Position numbers and translations under genes: made by a program. The notes beneath the pieces were generated by a model. The model had not been told where the DNA came from. It saw only the letters and a list, made by a program, of their open reading frames with translations, and made no database searches. A stretch of 32,000 nt of DNA from Candidatus Nitrospira inopinata (GTDB taxonomy: Bacteria; Nitrospirota; Nitrospiria; Nitrospirales; Nitrospiraceae): NCBI RefSeq assembly GCF_001458695.1, contig NZ_LN885086.1, positions 900,001-932,000 on the forward strand, given 5' to 3'. Positions 19,833-26,674 of the stretch are shown here, piece by piece (position 1 is the stretch's first letter; the number at the start of each line of letters is the position of its first letter).

Positions 19833-20009
19833 CAGGCCGACCTTCCCTTCTTGTTCGGCCGCCACGGCCCACCGGCCGGCCACGGGCGCTCGAACGATTC
19901 ATGTGTTGCCGCAGCAATGGTCGGGGGCATGAGAAAGTCCTGCAAGAAACCGATCACGTCCTTCAATGAGACACCTTGGAGACACCTTGCAAGTCCAAGC
20001 CAGCCCGCT

Positions 20010-20783
20010 TCAGGAAGCCCTTCCATTGTGCCTGCTTGTCCTTATTGCCCCAAAATCTTCTGTGAGGCACACGGGAGAAACGGTCGGCAGCGGCATCCGG
20101 CGGCGCTCAAAGGAGCCACGGATAGCTTGAGTAAGATCAGCCCCATCAAACCCGAACTGCCGGGTCAGGGACCAGAGATCGAAGAAATCCTTCGTGCGGC
20201 TATTCGCAATTCCAAGTTCGACCATGGACTGAAACTTCTCCGCGATCACGGTCTCGCGCGGATACGCCAACAGACGAGGCGCTGGAAAATCGAGGAGGGT
20301 GGGATACGTCAAAAAGACGGGCTTTGGCAGGACGACATCGCCAAACCCGATATCCACTTGGATCGGAATGCGGGCCACTCCCAGCCTTGCCTCGAAAGAC
20401 AAGCGAACACCTTGATATTCTTCCCCGTCGCGAATCTCCTCCCCGGTGATGGAGTCGGCAAGGAACTTGAGCCCATCATCCTCGACGGGCGTCCGACAGA
20501 TTTCCTGGAACTCTTTGACGAGCGCAGCAACGTCGTTGGAGCCTTTCCTGAGCAGGTTGAGATCGCGCGTCGCCCGCTGCGGCGTGCCGCTCCACACGGA
20601 GAACACCATCGCGCCCTTCAACACGAACCGCTCGCGCGCAGCCGAACGGCTCAACCGGTACCGCAGGCGTTCCAGCGCATAATAAATGAGCGTCAGTGGA
20701 AAGTCCTCGCCGCGCTCGCGCGAGCGGTTCAGCAAACACTGGCGTACCGAGGCCGCGACATCCTTGACCGATTTCCGAGTCAC
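20010..20783 (-). CDS. abiEii: AbiEii/AbiGii-family nucleotidyltransferase toxin (type IV TA), C-terminally truncated by frame disruptions
   Basis: 257 aa with the DUF1814-type N-terminus (SVRQCLLNRSRERGEDFPLTLIYYALERLRYRLS..RFVLKGAMVF..ATRDLNLL). ATGA overlap with abiEi. The conserved C-terminal segment continues in two other frames down to 19832 (see findings). Confidence 0.8.
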   Translation of the reverse strand: MTRKSVKDVAASVRQCLLNRSRERGEDFPLTLIYYALERLRYRLSRSAARERFVLKGAMVFSVWSGTPQRATRDLNLLRKGSNDVAALVKEFQEICRTPVEDDGLKFLADSITGEEIRDGEEYQGVRLSFEARLGVARIPIQVDIGFGDVVLPKPVFLTYPTLLDFPAPRLLAYPRETVIAEKFQSMVELGIANSRTKDFFDLWSLTRQFGFDGADLTQAIRGSFERRRMPLPTVSPVCLTEDFGAIRTSRHNGRAS

Positions 20784-21394
20784 GCCGTGGCCTCCAGATA
20801 CGGACGCATCACGGCGGTCACCCGGCAGATCTTGGCATAGCGCCAGAGCTCATCCATCCCGCCGCGGTGCTTGCGCCGGTAGTCCCGCAGCGCCTCCAGA
20901 GCCACATCCAGTCCGATCTTGTTCCGGAACTTGAAACAATCGGCCACGGTTTTGGCCTGGCTGAATACCCGGACAGGCACGTTTTCGATGTTGTGCTGCT
21001 CGACGCCCGACTTCAGCGTCGTCCCCGACATGCGGACGATCCGAAGGGGCGGATGCGCCTTCTTCGGAGCGCGGCTTTTTTGATCAATGGCCAGCCAGAT
21101 TTCAAAGGGAGCCTGAGTCGTCAGACCGTGAAAACGCAGAGCGGACAGCAGGCAGACCACGCCCTGCGGTATGCGTTTGCAGGCCTGCGCGAGATGATGA
21201 TGCTCGGTTTGATCGCCTTCGGGGAGCACGTACAGGCCGCGCGAGAATTGCTGGAGCAGGCCGCGCTGATACAGCCGCCTGAGATAAACCGGCGGAATCC
21301 CCCGGTGGGTGAGATCGCGCGTCCGGATCACCTTCAGTTGCCGCGCGATGTCGAGAACCTGCTGCGTTTTTGATTTATTCGACTTAGTCGCCAC
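20780..21394 (-). CDS. abiEi: AbiEi-family antitoxin / transcriptional autoregulator (type IV TA)
   Basis: 204 aa, GTG start. N-terminal winged-helix AbiEi_4-like region (VIRTRDLTHRGIPPVYLRRLYQRGLLQQFSRGLYVLPEG) followed by GVVCLLSALRFHGLTTQ. It sits immediately upstream of, and overlaps, the AbiEii toxin gene. Confidence 0.8.
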   Translation of the reverse strand: MATKSNKSKTQQVLDIARQLKVIRTRDLTHRGIPPVYLRRLYQRGLLQQFSRGLYVLPEGDQTEHHHLAQACKRIPQGVVCLLSALRFHGLTTQAPFEIWLAIDQKSRAPKKAHPPLRIVRMSGTTLKSGVEQHNIENVPVRVFSQAKTVADCFKFRNKIGLDVALEALRDYRRKHRGGMDELWRYAKICRVTAVMRPYLEATA

Positions 21395-21404
21395 TGTTAT
21401 AAAT

Positions 21405-21432
21405 CGTCGGCATTTGTCGATAAGTGCCGACG
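21405..21432. promoter_or_regulatory. Inverted repeat CGTCGGCA-N12-TGCCGACG upstream of abiEi (candidate AbiEi operator)
   Basis: The 8-bp perfect arms lie at 21405-21412 and 21425-21432, 11-38 nt upstream of the abiEi GTG. A TATAAC -10-like hexamer (minus strand, 21396-21401) is adjacent. Confidence 0.4.
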
Positions 21433-21698
21433 TTTTGTAACAGCGTCACGAGGGGAGGTCAAGGATTTTCGTGGCTTGGGGGGAGGGCCGATTATAGGGT
21501 TGGGGCAATTCAGAGAAGGATGCGCGGATTGGATAAAAACACCATCACTTTTCGACAAGTGCAAGCATTTTTATCCAGTTGGCGGCGGTTCCGTCATCAG
21601 CATGATGGTGGTGCTGCTGACGATGATCATCAGTATCCTGGGCAAGTTAACGAAACTGGAGCGTGGTCACCGTGATGATGACGATCATCGTCGGACGG

Positions 21699-21785
21699 CT
21701 TTCCTCACTTCGTCACCCCGGCGCAGGCCGGGGGCCAGTCTTCGTTACTCTGGATTCCGGCTTCCGCCGGAATGACGAATGGCGG
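21699..21785. repeat. GC-rich REP/MITE-like double-hairpin element, copy 1
   Basis: 87 nt. By my hand alignment 79/87 positions are identical to 24172-24258, in the same orientation. It contains the hairpins CCCCGGC-gcag-GCCGGGG and ATTCCGGC-ttcc-GCCGGAAT. Confidence 0.85.
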
Positions 21786-21935
21786 CTCACGCCGGCATCA
21801 CCCACTCCTCCCGCACTTCAATCTTCTCCGTCTCGGAGGCGGACCTGCCTGCCAATAGGCAGGGATGAGAGCGATGCGGTACTTTTCTAGCGTGGTGCAG
21901 CCTACCGAGAGCCTTGGCTACCGGCGTGCCGACGC
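21786..21935 (-). pseudogene. Relic 3' end of a second hsdS gene
   Basis: The minus strand reads ..LEKYRIALI, then a 20-nt hairpin-containing interruption (CCTGCC-aata-GGCAGG at 21848-21863), then SASETEKIEVRE in another frame. Compare the intact HsdS C-terminus LKEYRTALISAAVTGKIDVRE. DNA identity to 24259-24340 is about 70% by eye. An in-frame stop lies just upstream, so there is no TRD. Confidence 0.6.
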
Positions 21936-21961
21936 ACTGTCTTCTCGTCGGAAAACAAACC

Positions 21962-22462
21962 TTACCGAAACCTGACGCCCAGCCTTCTCAGCATCTCGAA
22001 CGTATCCACAAAAGGCACATCAAACGCCTGACACACATTTGGAATTGGGACCTTTCTCTTAATCGAGGGGTTCCAAACTTCCTCGGTGACGACGACACAG
22101 CCCTTGGCCTTCGCGTAGGCCACCAGCCAGCCATCGGCGCCACTGGCGAAATCGGCCTTGGCCGCATCGGAAAACTGGCTCTGCGCCCGGACCCAAGCCA
22201 TGACCTCACCGTAAGCCCGAATGACATCGTCCTTATCCGTCGAGACGAACGCATCATTAAAATTGCTCTTCGCCCAAGCCGCTAGCTTGTCCTTTCCTCG
22301 CCCCAACTCCTGCTTCACACGATCAATACTTCGAAGGTGACCGTTCGCTGCCTGTTGCTCTAGGCTATCCCAGAACCCAGGAACCACATCGAAGGAATAG
22401 TATCGGCGCGCAGCCTGAATAAAGACGTTCGCGTCAAGCACATACGTCGGCCCATTCGTCAC
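21962..22462 (-). CDS. PIN-like nuclease domain protein (DUF4411-like)
   Basis: 166 aa, GTG start overlapping the upstream stop (GTGA). The pattern is YVLDANVFIQAARRYYSFDVVPGFWDSL..SIDRVKQEL..GADGWLVAYAKAKGCVVVTEEV..KVPIPNVCQAFDVPFVDTFEMLRRLG. I recognise this as the DUF4411 / PIN-like layout, with acidic residues in PIN positions. Confidence 0.7.
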   Translation of the reverse strand: MTNGPTYVLDANVFIQAARRYYSFDVVPGFWDSLEQQAANGHLRSIDRVKQELGRGKDKLAAWAKSNFNDAFVSTDKDDVIRAYGEVMAWVRAQSQFSDAAKADFASGADGWLVAYAKAKGCVVVTEEVWNPSIKRKVPIPNVCQAFDVPFVDTFEMLRRLGVRFR

Positions 22463-23613
22463 CGCGGTTCACCAGAGCCAAGCAAGCCGATGTATCGGTC
22501 GAAGGCTCTCCCGTAAAGCCCCGTCAGCCGATACGCTTCGGAGTACAAAAGTTGGCCTTCTTTTACCGCTTGGGCAACGGCGCGGGCAAATTGCCGACCG
22601 ACACGACCGTTTTGGGTCGCGTAGAAGTCTCCACCTTCCGGCCGCCTCGCAGCGTTACGACGTTCATCCTCCTGATAAACCTCGTAGAACTGTAGAAACT
22701 CCGCGCGTTGAATGAGTGCGAGGTCAAGTGCCCGGCGTGCGATAACGAGGACACTGACTTTAAAGTGCCGAGCAAGCCATTGAAACGGCTCATTCTCCCT
22801 TCTCGCCGATGCCCAGACTTCGCGCAACTCGCGCTCAGGAACCAAGCACTCTGCCGCGACCAGATTGCATGCCTGCTCCGTCGGGTCATCTGCAGGCCGA
22901 AGTTCTCGCAAATCGAAGGCGGCGCTGCTACCGAACCACACGTGCGCTAACTCATGCGCGAGCGTGAACATCTGGGCTGCCTTACTATCCGCTCCATTGA
23001 CAAAGACCAGCGGAGCAAAATCGTCAACCAGAACGAAACCGCGAAACTCCTGGGGATCGAGTTTGCGATGCGTGTTGTTCCCCACGATGCCATTGACGAC
23101 GACCAGAATGCCGACGGCTTCCATCGCATCGCGCAGCGCCTGCAAGGCGTCCGTCCAGGTTGGTCGCTGAGCAGCCCAACCCGTTTCAAACCGGAGTGTA
23201 CGCCGGATGCGATCCGCAACCACTTGGGGCGACTCGTTCCGCCTTGCCGACCCGACAAATGGCAAGCGGTCCTGGCCTTGATCGATCAGGAACTCGCGCA
23301 TCCAGGCCTGACGTTGCTGCATTGTCTGGACGGTGTGAAGGAGTTCAGGGCTGGGCCGACTCGGCGTGCCGCCATCGAGCGTCCGGAAGTGAGGGATGGG
23401 TAACCGCTCTTCGGGCGGCGCCGGAAGGAAGAAGAATCCCAGCGGGGTGAGCGTGGCTTTAGCCAGAGATTCGAGCTGGTGCAGCGTGGGTTGGCTTTCG
23501 CCCGATTCCCACTGCTGGATTTTGGGAAACCTCCGACGGAGGACACCAGCCGGCAGGCCAGAGCGATCGACTGCCCAGCGCAAAACGTCCCGGCTAACGG
23601 CGACTCTGCTCAT
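22459..23613 (-). CDS. Xre-type HTH domain fused to an ImmA/IrrE (COG2856, M78) zinc metallopeptidase domain
   Basis: 384 aa from ATG 23613 (GAGAGGTGG upstream). The ORF track's 417-aa start is less likely. The N-terminal HTH region is IQQWESGESQPTLHQLESLAKATLTPLGFFF. The HExxH Zn site is in FTLAHELAHVWFGSSA. Confidence 0.8.
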   Translation of the reverse strand: MSRVAVSRDVLRWAVDRSGLPAGVLRRRFPKIQQWESGESQPTLHQLESLAKATLTPLGFFFLPAPPEERLPIPHFRTLDGGTPSRPSPELLHTVQTMQQRQAWMREFLIDQGQDRLPFVGSARRNESPQVVADRIRRTLRFETGWAAQRPTWTDALQALRDAMEAVGILVVVNGIVGNNTHRKLDPQEFRGFVLVDDFAPLVFVNGADSKAAQMFTLAHELAHVWFGSSAAFDLRELRPADDPTEQACNLVAAECLVPERELREVWASARRENEPFQWLARHFKVSVLVIARRALDLALIQRAEFLQFYEVYQEDERRNAARRPEGGDFYATQNGRVGRQFARAVAQAVKEGQLLYSEAYRLTGLYGRAFDRYIGLLGSGEPR

Positions 23614-23726
23614 AAAGCTTCGCCACCTCTCTATCAGGATCTCTTTGCCTGGCTGCTGCCGGTCAAGAGTCTTTGTCCATCGATCTTCCCTGTCAAGGCC
23701 GTGATCGCACAAGGCCTATTCCTGTC

Positions 23727-23780
23727 CGTCATGCCAGGGCCTGCCCCGGACGGTGATCCGGGGAACGCGGGAATCCGGGC
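23727..23780. repeat. GC-rich REP-like hairpin element (different sub-type)
   Basis: Hairpin CCCCGGA-cggtga-TCCGGGG (23744-23763), followed by GAACGCGGGAATCCGGG. On the minus strand it translates to the IPAFPG-type pseudo-peptide typical of such repeats. It lies immediately 3' of the GIY-YIG gene. Confidence 0.5.
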
Positions 23781-23782
23781 TC

Positions 23783-24070
23783 CTACAAAAGGGACTCGTA
23801 CAAATCCTGCCACTCGGGATTGAGCTTCTCGATCAGCGCGAGTTTCCATCGCCGCTTCCATTCTTTGATCGCCTTTTCACGCCTGATCGCCGACTCCATG
23901 GACTCGTGGGGCTCGTACCAGACAAGCCTGTGGACTTGATACCGCTTCGTAAAGCCCTCCACGAGGTCTTGCTTGTGTTCCCAGACCCGTTTGACTAAAT
24001 CGGAGGTGACCCCAACATACAAGGTCCCGTTCCGGCGACTGGTGAGTATGTACACGCACGGTTGTTTCAT
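23783..24070 (-). CDS. Small stand-alone GIY-YIG nuclease family protein (COG2827/UPF0213-like)
   Basis: 95 aa: VYILTSRRNGTLYVGVTSDLVKRVWEHK..GFTKRY..LVWYE..AIRREKAIKEWKR. This includes the GIY...YVG motifs, the conserved Arg and the Glu of the GIY-YIG fold. Confidence 0.85.
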   Translation of the reverse strand: MKQPCVYILTSRRNGTLYVGVTSDLVKRVWEHKQDLVEGFTKRYQVHRLVWYEPHESMESAIRREKAIKEWKRRWKLALIEKLNPEWQDLYESLL

Positions 24071-24171
24071 GGACCATCGTCGCCCCGTCTCAATCGTCAG
24101 TATCTCGACGGCCCCTGGGATCTATGCCGCGCTTCACTTTTTCCCCCACGACACCTCACCAGAGTTCAGCC

Positions 24172-24258
24172 CTTTCCCCTCTCCGTCACCCCGGTGCAGG
24201 CCGGGGGCCGGTCTTCGTTACTCTGGATTCCGGCTTCCGCCAGAATGACGACTGACGG
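24172..24258. repeat. GC-rich REP/MITE-like double-hairpin element, copy 2
   Basis: 87 nt, direct repeat of 21699-21785 (79/87 identical by hand alignment). It overlaps the last ~13 codons and the stop codon of hsdS. Confidence 0.85.
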
Positions 24259-25576
24259 CCGATGCCGATGCAACGCATTCCTCCCGGACGTCAATCTTCC
24301 CCGTCACTGCGGCGGAGATGAGGGCGGTGCGGTATTCCTTGAGCTTCTCGATTCCTTCGCGGACCTTGGCGATCAGGGCATCGAGCTTGGCGGTTTCGCG
24401 GCCCAACAATTCCGCGATGGCTTGCTGTTCTTTGGTACTTGGAATCGGGGTCATAATCTCAAAAAATTCTTCGGGATAAAGGCGCAGGCGAGATTTCCAA
24501 ACTCCCTTCGAAAAGCGCGTGAGTTCAGACACATGAGGCGGAACCCGACACAGGTGGTCATAGTATCGTGGCAGCAATACCCCGTCTTTGAGCCGATAGA
24601 CGTTATATGAGGGGCTCACCATTCCTGGCTCGCCTGCAATGCCCAGCGCTCCCATCCAAGCCCACATCGTATTAATGACAAGATCATCACGCTCACAGAG
24701 CTTGTACCCTTCATGTGACTCAGCTTCGATCATGTATACTTCTTTTGCGGATCGCTTCGTCACTCCTGTTATGTGAGAAACAGTGAGAAGCTCTTCCTCT
24801 CCTTCGAGCGATCTACGGTCAATTTCGCGAAAGAGAACTTTGTTTCTGTTAATTTTCCAATTCGCCGGGATCTTGCCGAGCCATTCGACGCCGGAGTCTT
24901 TCATCGGCACGGTAGGGTCGAGGCCTTTGGTCACGGCCTGGGTGATGAGTGCGGCGCGCTTCTCCTGGAGCAACTTGATCAGCCGCTCCTTCTTGTCCAC
25001 CAGCGCATCAATCTTCTGCGTCGCTCGGTCGAGGAAGGCGGCGATGGCGCGTTGCTCGTCCACTTTTGGTATCCAGACAACCAGTCTTCCTAATTGACTT
25101 GGATTAATCGCCGGATAGCCAACGCCTTCTGAATACGCTTGCACAGCCTGAACGAATTGTTCTGATTGCACGATTCGCCAAAGGAAGGGCGGATGGAGCC
25201 CAGAGTGAGGCCGCAAGACTGCAAATCCAGTAGAAACAATCAGGTTGTCTGGCGGATCATTGAGATAGGCGATGGCTTTCAGGTAGGTACGAACAGTGGA
25301 GATGATGGTGTCCCCTGACCGTACTTTGCGGCGGGCGCGGCTTGGCGCGTTCTCAAATCGGAGTTCCTCTGTGCCAAGAACATTGCCAGTTGAATCGACA
25401 TTGCTGATGTCAACATATCGAAGCTCATAGTCAGGACTGGTTTCCTCATTAAGTGTTTCTGAATTCATACCGCAACAGTATTTCAGCGGTCTGACCTCCC
25501 AATGCGTCGGAATTTCTCCCAGCCACTCCACGCCGGAGTCCTTGTAGGCCGGATAGGGTTTGAAGCGGCACGGCAT
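24218..25576 (-). CDS. hsdS: Type I restriction-modification specificity subunit (HsdS), two target-recognition domains
   Basis: There is an internal duplication. KDSGVEWLGEIPTHWEV.. and KDSGVEWLGKIPANWKI.. each begin a TRD. The central conserved helix is IDALVDKKERLIKLLQEKRAALITQAVTKGLDP and the distal one is LDALIAKVREGIEKLKEYRTALISAAVTGKIDVRE. I prefer ATG 25576, which does not overlap darG; the ORF track starts at 25705. Confidence 0.9.
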   Translation of the reverse strand: MPCRFKPYPAYKDSGVEWLGEIPTHWEVRPLKYCCGMNSETLNEETSPDYELRYVDISNVDSTGNVLGTEELRFENAPSRARRKVRSGDTIISTVRTYLKAIAYLNDPPDNLIVSTGFAVLRPHSGLHPPFLWRIVQSEQFVQAVQAYSEGVGYPAINPSQLGRLVVWIPKVDEQRAIAAFLDRATQKIDALVDKKERLIKLLQEKRAALITQAVTKGLDPTVPMKDSGVEWLGKIPANWKINRNKVLFREIDRRSLEGEEELLTVSHITGVTKRSAKEVYMIEAESHEGYKLCERDDLVINTMWAWMGALGIAGEPGMVSPSYNVYRLKDGVLLPRYYDHLCRVPPHVSELTRFSKGVWKSRLRLYPEEFFEIMTPIPSTKEQQAIAELLGRETAKLDALIAKVREGIEKLKEYRTALISAAVTGKIDVREECVASASAVSRHSGGSRNPE

Positions 25577-25605
25577 TGCCGCGGTCTCGGCTCCACGCAA
25601 GCGCG

Positions 25606-26658
25606 TTACTGGGCTGGTTGTTCCGCAATCCATCCCTTCTCCCGAAGCACCTTGGCAGCGAGGTGGATCTGCCCAGGCGAGAACCGACGCTTGCGGTCGG
25701 CCCATCCATAGAAATGTTCGAGCAGCCCGTCCTCGGACGCCGGGTGCTCGCGCGTTACAATCCAGTGGACTGTCGCAAGGAGCTCGAGGCCGAACGGCGA
25801 TTCAAACCCTTCGACCAGCCCGGCAACCCGCTCGAAGCGTTTCAGAGTCTGCGGTCGTTCTTCCAGCGTGCGCCGTGCGTCGTCTACTGCGCCGGGGACA
25901 ATTTCAAGAACCTTATCGGGCGCATCGCCGCCGGAGCCGTAGCCGGAGATGTAGTAACCGTCAATTTCACTCAATACGTGCCGCATGTTCTCAGCGTACG
26001 GTCCGTAAGGCCCCTTCGCGAAACGAAGTCGCAAGGATTCGCCCGCCTCCTGCATGAAATACATAAGCTTGTGAACTTCTAGCAGGGACACGAACGGATC
26101 CAGTAGACCTGCGAGGTAACGCTCCATGAGTCCTAACAGTGCGGCGCGTCCAGGAGTCATCTTCGGTGCCTTACCCTTTCTCATACTTCTGGGTAGAACC
26201 GGTGTGCCGGCTGGTTCGAACACAACAGCACGAACGTTGGAAAGTTCAGACATGGACCGCTCAATGAGGGTACGCACCTTTGCCCAGTCGAGCCCTCCTA
26301 AACCTGCCCCGAGCGGTGGCAGCGCGACGGAGCGAATGTTTCGTTGCCAAATCTCCCTCACCAGTGCTTTGAGCCCAGCCTCGACGTCCTCAATGCGTGC
26401 TTTGCCACGCCAGTGCCGCTTGGTGGGGAAGTTGATGATGTAGCGCGGATTCGCCAACCGGCCGGTTTCGAAGACGAACATGCGTCCGGGCTGTACCTCC
26501 CTCCTGCGGCAGGCGGCGGCATAGGCCTTGAAGTTCTCGGGCCATGCCTTCTTGAATTGCAACGCGATACCTCGCCCCATGAATCCGACGCAGTTCACCG
26601 TGTTCACGAGGGCTTCGGTGTCCTCTTCGAGGATGTTCCCTTTCTTGTACTCGATCAT
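25606..26658 (-). CDS. darG: DarG-type antitoxin: N-terminal macrodomain plus C-terminal DarT-binding domain
   Basis: 350 aa. The macrodomain is GNILEEDTEALVNTVNCVGFMGRGIALQFKKAWPENF..INFPTKRHWRGKARIEDV..VALPPLGAGLGGLDW. AGGAGG lies 7 nt upstream of the ATG. It sits directly downstream of darT. Confidence 0.85.
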   Translation of the reverse strand: MIEYKKGNILEEDTEALVNTVNCVGFMGRGIALQFKKAWPENFKAYAAACRRREVQPGRMFVFETGRLANPRYIINFPTKRHWRGKARIEDVEAGLKALVREIWQRNIRSVALPPLGAGLGGLDWAKVRTLIERSMSELSNVRAVVFEPAGTPVLPRSMRKGKAPKMTPGRAALLGLMERYLAGLLDPFVSLLEVHKLMYFMQEAGESLRLRFAKGPYGPYAENMRHVLSEIDGYYISGYGSGGDAPDKVLEIVPGAVDDARRTLEERPQTLKRFERVAGLVEGFESPFGLELLATVHWIVTREHPASEDGLLEHFYGWADRKRRFSPGQIHLAAKVLREKGWIAEQPAQ

Positions 26659-26674
26659 CGTCGCCCCTCCTGCT

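Noticed and set aside
19851-20840. 329-aa plus-strand ORF
   Set aside because: It is antisense to abiEii and to the abiEii/hsdR junction. It is a shadow ORF.
21476-21775. 99-aa (and 83-aa, 21424-21675) plus-strand ORFs in the abiEi-REP spacer
   Set aside because: Their C-terminal parts are read straight through the REP hairpin element (..RRRPGASLRYSGFRLPPE); the same pseudo-peptide appears at copy 2 in ORF 23973-24248. There is no ribosome-binding site. Only the short hydrophobic mini-ORF is kept, as a low-interest note.
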